From a virus (lineage: Duplodnaviria > Caudoviricetes), in IMG/VR virus record IMGVR_UViG_3300020471_000006, positions 32,001 through 96,000 of that record: DNA of 64,000 nucleotides, one strand, 5' to 3'. Position 1 is the first letter of the stretch. The number at the start of each line of letters is the position of its first letter. The notes beneath the pieces are model-generated. The model was not told the origin of the DNA. It made no database searches and worked only from the letters and a program-made list of their open reading frames with translations. Of this stretch, positions 57,183 through 64,000 are shown in pieces. Position numbers and translations under genes: made by a program.

Positions 57183-57336
57183 CGATGGTAGTCATTAATG
57201 CTGAGAACATAAGATTATTCATTATCATGGTGTTGGGTGGTGTCTGGTTATATCTGCTGATCGAAACACTAGCAGAAGAATCAGTAAAGAACGATAAACG
57301 AAACAGATAGATATATTATACCACGAGAGTATTACA

Positions 57337-57498
57337 ATGTCACATTACGTTGTTGGTTATCACGACTACGAAATGCATACACACGAGGTGTGTGAATATG
57401 CAAAAGACTCATACGAAGCAAGATCCGAAGCAATTGAGGATGTACCATATATTCATGAACACCCAAACTGTATCGATTATATCTTAGAGGAGAAATAG
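57337..57498 (+). CDS. 53-aa hypothetical protein (not in ORF track)
   Basis: MSHYVVGYHD...EVCEYAKDSYEAR..AIEDVPYIHEHPNCIDYI. Confidence 0.55.
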   Translation: MSHYVVGYHDYEMHTHEVCEYAKDSYEARSEAIEDVPYIHEHPNCIDYILEEK

Positions 57499-57623
57499 GC
57501 ATAAATTCTTGTTACATACAGAGAGAATTGTCACACATCCCACATAAATAGTGGTAGAATTAGGAAAACAAGATGCACCCAAAGTCACTTTGTTATGTTT
57601 TTAATTCACTTACGAGGTAGTAT

Positions 57624-57788
57624 ATGCATAATCTCATCTCTCAGAATCAATTAGCAGATTGGAATCACATCGAATCAGATGTTACACAAGATAGACTGGT
57701 CGATCTCAATGATTACTACGACTGTATTATAGATGAAGAGATGAATCACGGCGATAAACGAATATGTAGAAGTTTACTGCCACGCTAA
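57624..57788 (+). CDS. 54-aa protein with two Cys (not in ORF track)
   Basis: MHNLISQNQLADW...DYYDCII...KRICRSLL; GAGG RBS; ATAAATA late motif at 57544. Confidence 0.65.
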   Translation: MHNLISQNQLADWNHIESDVTQDRLVDLNDYYDCIIDEEMNHGDKRICRSLLPR

Positions 57789-57807
57789 TAAAATTAAATA
57801 TCACAAC

Positions 57808-57842
57808 AAACCCTTGACTTATTCAGTCAGGGGTTTTATAAT
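57808..57842 (+). promoter_or_regulatory. sigma70 promoter coinciding with a terminator-like hairpin
   Basis: AAACCC-TTGACT-tattc-AGTCA-GGGGTTT then TATAAT; -35 at 57814, -10 at 57837, 17-nt spacer. Confidence 0.7.
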
Positions 57843-57845
57843 GGA

Positions 57846-58082
57846 ATGAAATACTATAATATTATGTTAGACAAGACAAAGATACGTGCTCAAATGAAAA
57901 GTAGATGGTACTATTTCTTTTGGAGTTCAGCAACTGTATCAGTTCTGCTAGGTCAATTATATGTTGGTAATGGTTACAGAATGTATTCAAAAGCATTGAT
58001 GACAATATTTGAATCAATTGCAATTGAATACGATAGATCACCAACAGGACCATATGAGTATATCTCAAATGATCGTCACTGA
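57846..58082 (+). CDS. Small membrane protein
   Basis: 78 aa; hydrophobic central segment. Confidence 0.55.
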   Translation: MKYYNIMLDKTKIRAQMKSRWYYFFWSSATVSVLLGQLYVGNGYRMYSKALMTIFESIAIEYDRSPTGPYEYISNDRH

Positions 58083-58599
58083 ACAACATGAAATAATAAT
58101 ATCAACAGTACCACATCATAAGACATTAAATAAAAGACTTATGCGTGATGCTGATGAATGTGAGTATGATTTATCATATCAAACAAATGTTATGGCTAAG
58201 CACACTGCTTGGCAAACATACTCACCAAATATTACTATCATTCAGAACTATGTGCATGATGCCATCTTATCAATTCCTGGTATTGATGAACAATATTGGA
58301 TAGACATGAGATGGAGTCATATTGATACGTGGTTTTCTAAGTATGATCATGATGAGTATGCTAGAAAGCACTGTCATCATCCAAATGCATGGGGTTGGGT
58401 ATATTTTGTGAATACACCCGAAGGATCATCACCACTAGTATTATCTACAAGTAACACAGAGATTGAAGCAGTAGCAGGTAAAATAGTAATATTTCCTGCA
58501 TGTATTATGCATCACGTCCCTATGAATAAATGTTTGAATAGAATAGTATTAGCAGGTAATGTTGGATTTGATCGTAAACTACACAATTTAAAATTATGA
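58009..58599 (+). CDS. 2OG-Fe(II) oxygenase (TIGR02466-like); start uncertain
   Basis: HCHHP..WGWVYFV, FPACIMHHVP, RIVLAGN. Confidence 0.78.
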   Translation: MNQLQLNTIDHQQDHMSISQMIVTEQHEIIISTVPHHKTLNKRLMRDADECEYDLSYQTNVMAKHTAWQTYSPNITIIQNYVHDAILSIPGIDEQYWIDMRWSHIDTWFSKYDHDEYARKHCHHPNAWGWVYFVNTPEGSSPLVLSTSNTEIEAVAGKIVIFPACIMHHVPMNKCLNRIVLAGNVGFDRKLHNLKL

Positions 58600-59165
58600 C
58601 AACTGGTCAGTGGTTTCCCCTCCCATTATATGAATATCAATGTGAGAGTATAAAAGAAAGGAAAGACTTGAACAATGATCTTCCATTGAGTGAGTTTACC
58701 CATCGTGAAGGTTGGAGTGCTGATACACATCAACTCACACCTCATCCATTTGAGTCAAATGTAATAGAAAACTCACACGTGTTTCAATCATTTCTTAAAA
58801 CACATGTACATAAGTATCTGTCTGAAATTGGTATCAAACACATAGATGAGTATTATATTAACAACTCATGGTACACGTCAACTACAAATGGACAGTATGC
58901 TCACCTACACAGTCATGGTGGCAGTGATATTTCTGGGGTGTATTATATAAGTACTAACCAGAGGGATGGTAATATATATTTTCATTCACCCCATTACGTG
59001 AGTGAGAATAATTATATCATTGCACATTTGGATATGGCACGACAAGTCACACCATCTAAAGGTAAATTGTTGTTATGGCCCTCATTCTTAATGCATGGTA
59101 CACGTATGAATGAAACAAATCACAATCGTGTATCATTATCATTTAATATAACATTCAGACGATGA
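58596..59165 (+). CDS. 2OG-Fe(II) oxygenase (TIGR02466-like)
   Basis: HLHSHGGSDISGVYYI, LWPSFLMHG, RVSLSFNI. Confidence 0.85.
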   Translation: MTTGQWFPLPLYEYQCESIKERKDLNNDLPLSEFTHREGWSADTHQLTPHPFESNVIENSHVFQSFLKTHVHKYLSEIGIKHIDEYYINNSWYTSTTNGQYAHLHSHGGSDISGVYYISTNQRDGNIYFHSPHYVSENNYIIAHLDMARQVTPSKGKLLLWPSFLMHGTRMNETNHNRVSLSFNITFRR

Positions 59166-59419
59166 AATCAATTCAATTAACAGACAAACAACTCAACATA
59201 CTCATTCAATTAGTTAATTGTGAACAGTATACTGTCACTGATGATAATTTGAATGAAGAGTTAAATGATTTAAGACGTGCATTACAATCACGTCCTAATC
59301 CCAGACAACAAATAAATGCTGAATATCAATCAAGACATCAATATATGCCTGAGTTTGAATCAACAGCACAAAATATAGTTGAAAGACACACACCTATGCC
59401 ACCTAACTATCCACAATGA
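59162..59419 (+). CDS. Hypothetical protein
   Basis: 85 aa, ATGA-coupled. Confidence 0.55.
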   Translation: MKSIQLTDKQLNILIQLVNCEQYTVTDDNLNEELNDLRRALQSRPNPRQQINAEYQSRHQYMPEFESTAQNIVERHTPMPPNYPQ

Positions 59420-59818
59420 GAACACAAAACAAAGAGAATTACTATTACATTTTCTGGGTAATAGCAATGTTAGCATTCATAGCACCCCAAGTATTCACTG
59501 CATACACAGTACAATCAGTATTGGATAGATTAAATGAACCAATACAAATACAATTAGTAAGAGGTAAACTACGTTGAAGATGAACAATCAAACTAAATTG
59601 TTATTTGCATTAGAACATATAGCACACTTAGAGGATTTATTTGAAGATAATGCAGATGGAGCATTACTATCAGCATCACTCAGAGATATCAAATTTATAC
59701 TGGATAGACAGTATAACACACTACATAAACGTAGGCAACCAGGACATCAATATCGTTTGGATGAATTACAGGAATAGTACAGTTGTTCTATGTACATCCG
59801 CACATTGGTATCACTGAG

Positions 59819-60057
59819 TTTTCCACAGTTTTTTGAGGTGTTGTGGAAAACATTTAAAATATATTAAAAAATATAAGTAACGTGCTCTCATGATGTTGTC
59901 TTAGGCCGCCCTCGACCGAATGTCAAGTCACCTTGTGCCAGTTCTTTTAGTGTCACACAAACCCTCGAAAAGACACGAAAGCACACTATAATAAAAGAGT
60001 AGTTCGGAGGATTAGCACTTTTATGACTTTTTGAGTTTTTCACAACCCTGTGGAAAA
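59819..60057. other. Cluster of four DnaA-box-like 9-mers with an AT-rich stretch; candidate origin
   Basis: TTTTCCACA 59819, TGTGGAAAA 59842, TTTTTCACA 60036, TGTGGAAAA 60049; A/T run 59852-59880. Confidence 0.45.
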
Positions 60058-60172
60058 CAAAAAGACGAAAAAATGGGTTTTTAAGCTTTTTAAGAAGTTT
60101 AAGAAGGCTATTTTTTCATATTTTGCGATTTTTCGAGTTTTTTCGAGTTTAACTTAACACAAACGCCCTAAA

Positions 60173-60421
60173 ATGTCAACTATTTACGATAAATTCACAT
60201 CAAGTGCGATTAAATCAGTCGAAACACTTGACAACACTGTGAAAATAGTTTATAATAGCAATATAGACAAAGAATATGTATTTAATTGCCAAAATATCAC
60301 TCAATTCACTAATAAACTATGTGAAGTATTAACAGCACATGAGTTACTATTAGAGGGAGGATCTGTGGGACGATTTGTTAACAATCAAATCAAAACAGGT
60401 GTCCTTATTGAGAATAAATAA
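60173..60421 (+). CDS. KTSC-like small protein
   Basis: SSAIKSV...VKIVYNS...EYVF...GSVGRFVNNQIK pattern. Confidence 0.5.
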   Translation: MSTIYDKFTSSAIKSVETLDNTVKIVYNSNIDKEYVFNCQNITQFTNKLCEVLTAHELLLEGGSVGRFVNNQIKTGVLIENK

Positions 60422-60441
60422 TGTTCCCCTAGTTAATAACA

Positions 60442-60621
60442 ATGGCAAGACACGGTAAGCATAACAAATCATCCAAACTTAAGGATAATTTTGTTAACGA
60501 CTTCGATGATTACGGTTTAGATGTAAAGAATGTAAGGAGGATTAAGAAAAAGAAAGTTACAAAGTTCAAGAATTATGATGATAGTTATTATCATTCAGAT
60601 AATTACAGTCATGGTTATTAG
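60442..60621 (+). CDS. 59-aa basic hypothetical protein (not in ORF track)
   Basis: MARHGKHNKSSKLK...KKKKVTKFKNYD. Confidence 0.5.
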   Translation: MARHGKHNKSSKLKDNFVNDFDDYGLDVKNVRRIKKKKVTKFKNYDDSYYHSDNYSHGY

Positions 60622-60731
60622 TTAAGGTATGACAGTTCACAAACTGTCCTCAAATTGTTTCAATTCATTACAAAGCACCTTTCGAGGTGCTTTTTTCATT
60701 TTATAATGAACGAGTCACACGCATTTAATTA

Positions 60732-60968
60732 ATGACAGTCGCAACAGCAACCAAACCAACAGCACCTCGTAAGAGACGCACACGTAAGGTCGCAGTAAAG
60801 ACAGTTAAGGTCACCTCACCACGTAGACCAAGTGCAGCAAAGTTGATTAGTCCTAATCGCTACTGGTCAGACATCAAAGCACGTTGGTCAATTCATCAGT
60901 ACGAAGTTACTATGTTAGCACGTGACCTAACCAAACTTAACAAGTGGGTGAGACAGTTCACAAACTGA
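60732..60968 (+). CDS. Basic early protein
   Basis: APRKRRTRK N-terminus; behind a promoter cassette. Confidence 0.65.
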   Translation: MTVATATKPTAPRKRRTRKVAVKTVKVTSPRRPSAAKLISPNRYWSDIKARWSIHQYEVTMLARDLTKLNKWVRQFTN

Positions 60969-61053
60969 CCACTAAATTGTTACGAATCTGTTACAAAACC
61001 CCATAAGGGGTTTTTTATTGACTATAATTAAGGAGTACACACAAAAAAGGTTT

Positions 61054-61200
61054 ATGTCAACACTTCATCACGAGTCATTACTAGAGTCATGCTATGAGGA
61101 CGTAATGGCAGAGATCACCGACACAGGTGATATTGCTATGATGAACAACGAGGACATCGAAAGAGCAGTCCAAATGAGATTCGAAAGCATGTGCCAGTAA
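61054..61200 (+). CDS. Small acidic early protein
   Basis: MSTLHHESLLESCYE; AAAGG RBS. Confidence 0.6.
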   Translation: MSTLHHESLLESCYEDVMAEITDTGDIAMMNNEDIERAVQMRFESMCQ

Positions 61201-61275
61201 ACAAACTGTCACCCGACCCCTTCACAGGGGTCTTTTTTTATGTGTATAATAGAAGAGTACAACACAAAGGACTCT

Positions 61276-61596
61276 ATGCGTAAGATTGAACAGCAAATGA
61301 ATTCAGCAATCAACAATCGTGTATCATGGCACAACAGCAATACACGTGTTGACAGAATGGGCAACCGTTCAGAGGTTTATTTGCACAACAATCAAATTGC
61401 AACAGTTTATGACAATGGCGATCTTCAACTATCCTCAGCAGGATGGGAGACTGTCACCACTAAGTCAAGACTGAATGCAATTTTAGATAATTTCTTTGGG
61501 TACGGTCTCAGAATATTTCAGAGAGACTGGACCTGGTACATCGGTGACAGTCGTCAAACTGACCTATTCTTTGACGGATACGTCATCCAAAGATGA
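61276..61596 (+). CDS. Early hypothetical protein
   Basis: MRKIEQQM...VYLHNNQIA...GWETVTTKSRLNA; AAAGGA RBS. Confidence 0.7.
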   Translation: MRKIEQQMNSAINNRVSWHNSNTRVDRMGNRSEVYLHNNQIATVYDNGDLQLSSAGWETVTTKSRLNAILDNFFGYGLRIFQRDWTWYIGDSRQTDLFFDGYVIQR

Positions 61597-62543
61597 TATC
61601 ATTATAAGGGGTGGCAACACCCCGATTTTTTTTAACCTTACCCCTCTAATACTATGGCACGTTACATTGCGTCTTATTGCAATGAAGAGTACATGACGTT
61701 GTTTTTGTTTCTTTTTGCAAAGAAAGCGTGGGATCATGTTGATTCATGTTATAATATAGAACACCCTACGGAGACTGATCATGGACTGGGAAGAGTATTT
61801 AAAAAATGAACTTGCTTACTATGATGAGCACCCCGAAGAGGATGCCCCTATTATAGAGGCACATACAAATGATTGTGCAATGATTGAGATTTCTTACATG
61901 GATTGAACCAGTTCACAAAGTGGCACAACTCATGTAGATAAGACAAACCCATTTGCTATAATTAACTTGTTGAGGCAAACGCTAGGCAAGGGTGAGCAAC
62001 AATTCAGAAGGATCTTAAATGACCGTGTATTGAACATGGTGATCGTACTGTTTTCCTTTGCTCTTTATGTTTGGAGACCTCTAGTACTCACAGTTTGAAA
62101 CTGTCAACTCAAATTTGAGTTGCTTGAGTTTTGAAGTTGTAAGTCCTCAACACTCAAACCATTTCATTTATTACATGTCTGAAACCGTTCGAACTCTCAC
62201 AATCACCGAAGCAGAAGAGACTGCATTGGTTGAGATCATTCGCTACTTCAACGATATGGGTTTACCTGATAACGTTGATAGCACAGATTACGACACACTA
62301 ACTGAGAAGGTGTGCGAACCAGCATTTTGGGAGTACAACTAATGGTACAATCTGAATTCTTTGGCAGAACTTTTTGGTTGGGTAAAGATAACCAACTTAA
62401 GAGTGCTGCCACTTTTATTGAAGGTGGAGCAGACTATGACAATTTTGATTATGTCTGCGATTGGACTGACTGGGAGGGTGTCAACTACTATGAGTTATTT
62501 GATGTCATCTCTGAACTAATCACACAAAAGGAGGCACGACTAG

Positions 62544-62714
62544 ATGCGAACCTACCACATTGAGTGCATGGAAACAAATTGTTTCATTGTTGAGGTTGAA
62601 GCAGAGAGCGAAGACCACGCAAGGGAACTAGCACACAATGACATCAACTCACATGAGGTCATCCAAGAATGGGTGACCGACTGGGAAATTAATTTAATCA
62701 CGGAGGCATCATGA
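62544..62714 (+). CDS. Small protein with VEVEAE motif (paralogue A)
   Basis: MRTYHIECMETNCFIVEVEAESEDHARELAHNDINS; AAGGAGG RBS. Confidence 0.55.
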   Translation: MRTYHIECMETNCFIVEVEAESEDHARELAHNDINSHEVIQEWVTDWEINLITEAS

Positions 62715-62886
62715 GTTTTTTTAATCACGTTCAATTGCATAAGTACGACATCACCGACAAGGGGATCTCTCAAGCATGTTATGATGAACTTGTCGCAAGT
62801 GGCAACAATTCAACAGAAGATCAGTTGAGAGTCCTTGCTGATGATATGCGTGAACAGTTCAAAGATTACATGAGACCTTTATTCTC

Positions 62887-63054
62887 ATGAATCAATTTAG
62901 AGTCGAGTGTTCAGAGGTAAACTACTTCACGGTTTTAGTTGAAGCAGAGACCAAAGAACAGGCAAGCACACTTGCTAAAGCAAATATCAATTCATTTGAT
63001 ATTGAGGATGACTACACCTCAGAAATTGCAATTGAGAACATAGAGGAATTATGA
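62887..63054 (+). CDS. Small protein with VEAE motif (paralogue B)
   Basis: MNQFRVECSEVNYFTVLVEAETKEQASTLAKANINS; ATGA-coupled. Confidence 0.55.
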   Translation: MNQFRVECSEVNYFTVLVEAETKEQASTLAKANINSFDIEDDYTSEIAIENIEEL

Positions 63055-63199
63055 AAGTTGATGTGTATTCAATGCTAGATGGTCACACGGTTGACCGCAT
63101 AGCAGAAGACATTGCCGAAGCATTGGCAAAAAATGGTTATGATGTCTCAGCGATTAGTTGGGACATTGATTGCAACGTACTCTCACCTAACGAGGATCT

Positions 63200-63445
63200 A
63201 TGAAATTAACAACCGATCAACTAGACGGCATCATTGACCAATTTTCTGAAATCATTGTTGATGGCATGGACACAAAGACCCTTTGCCAATATGTGTATGA
63301 TGACCTAGTGGATTACTACAGCAAACTTTCACAAGATGAACTCCAGGAATTCATTATACAGCATGATGAGGATCTCTGGGATGAGTTAGTGGACAATGAA
63401 ACAAGTGTCCCACCAGTGGTTGAAAAATCATTTGGTCTGCTATAA
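63200..63445 (+). CDS. Acidic hypothetical protein
   Basis: 81 aa, ATGA-coupled. Confidence 0.55.
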   Translation: MKLTTDQLDGIIDQFSEIIVDGMDTKTLCQYVYDDLVDYYSKLSQDELQEFIIQHDEDLWDELVDNETSVPPVVEKSFGLL

Positions 63446-63473
63446 TAAGAATGTACACACAAAGGGAGACCAT

Positions 63474-63779
63474 TTGAAAAGACTTGAACTAATCATGGGT
63501 CGTGACATTCCTAACAATGGCACAGTTACTGATTACATGATGGATGAGTTTATTCGCCGTGAGATCATGCCACATTTTGAGTATGGCACTTTCATAGATG
63601 GCGAAGGTCTCTGGAAAGGTGAACTAGAGCAAACCAAGATTTTTTATCTTGAGTGTGCTGATTCTGAAGTGGATGAGCATATGCTATCTTTGAACTGTAT
63701 CGCAGCAGCGTACAAAAAACAGTTCAGACAAGACAGCGTTCTTATCTCACAAGTGCAAACCAACGCAATTTTTAACTAA
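63474..63779 (+). CDS. DUF3574-like protein
   Basis: TTG start after AAGGGAG; GRDIP...F....I.P.F...T...G.G.WKG..E.TK...IA..YK..F.QDSVL pattern. Confidence 0.6.
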   Translation: MKRLELIMGRDIPNNGTVTDYMMDEFIRREIMPHFEYGTFIDGEGLWKGELEQTKIFYLECADSEVDEHMLSLNCIAAAYKKQFRQDSVLISQVQTNAIFN

Positions 63780-64000
63780 TGAGCATCCGCTACTGGACAC
63801 CCAACGACCAACGCAACGCAAGAACAATTTCATTTTCTAGCAAAGAGAAAGCGTTGGACATGTTAGCATTTTATCAAGGTGCTGGCATACGTTGTGAATT
63901 GTGTTACTAAGTGTAACAGGGTGATGGGCAACCGTCACCCCATCCTCTATAATAAGAGCATGAACAAAAACATTTTCCTCACAAACGAATCTGCTCGCCG

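Larger units (their letters stand above)
53785..63446 (+). promoter_or_regulatory. Dispersed early-promoter cassettes: GTGACAGTT-N4-AACTGTCAC palindrome upstream of TATAAT
   Basis: Copies at 53785, 54682, 54980, 59935, 60629, 60950, 61191, 61905 and 63390 (degenerate at 62087), each followed by a -10 box; several also by a GTACA...ACAAAGG leader. Confidence 0.8.

Overview
AT-rich segment of a T4-like marine cyanomyophage genome (Prochlorococcus/Synechococcus host type). Left to right: the 3' part of pebS and small hypotheticals; an inverted block (gp53, gp48, gp2, gp4); a baseplate/tail operon (gp54-like, gp26 with a gp51-like downstream frame, two paralogous tape-measure-like proteins, gp27-like hub, cp12, split gp5); a porin-like gene with a structured leader; two cpeT-like lyases; tRNA-Thr and a circularly permuted tmRNA; a 6618-aa repeat-rich virion protein; three collar-domain fibre proteins and a chaperone; an MTase - structured RNA - HNH - MTase cassette; and a run of small early-type genes behind repeated palindrome/sigma70 promoter cassettes, with a DnaA-box-like cluster. 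Best leads: (1) an unassigned ~245-nt structured RNA directly upstream of an HNH gene; (2) a T_TTT_TTC slippery site plus hairpin that would fuse gp26 to the gp51-like frame; (3) an ADP-ribosyltransferase-like domain in the second tape-measure paralogue; (4) the phage two-piece tmRNA; (5) nested domain-in-domain architecture of the giant protein. All family assignments come from motif recognition by eye; no searches were run.
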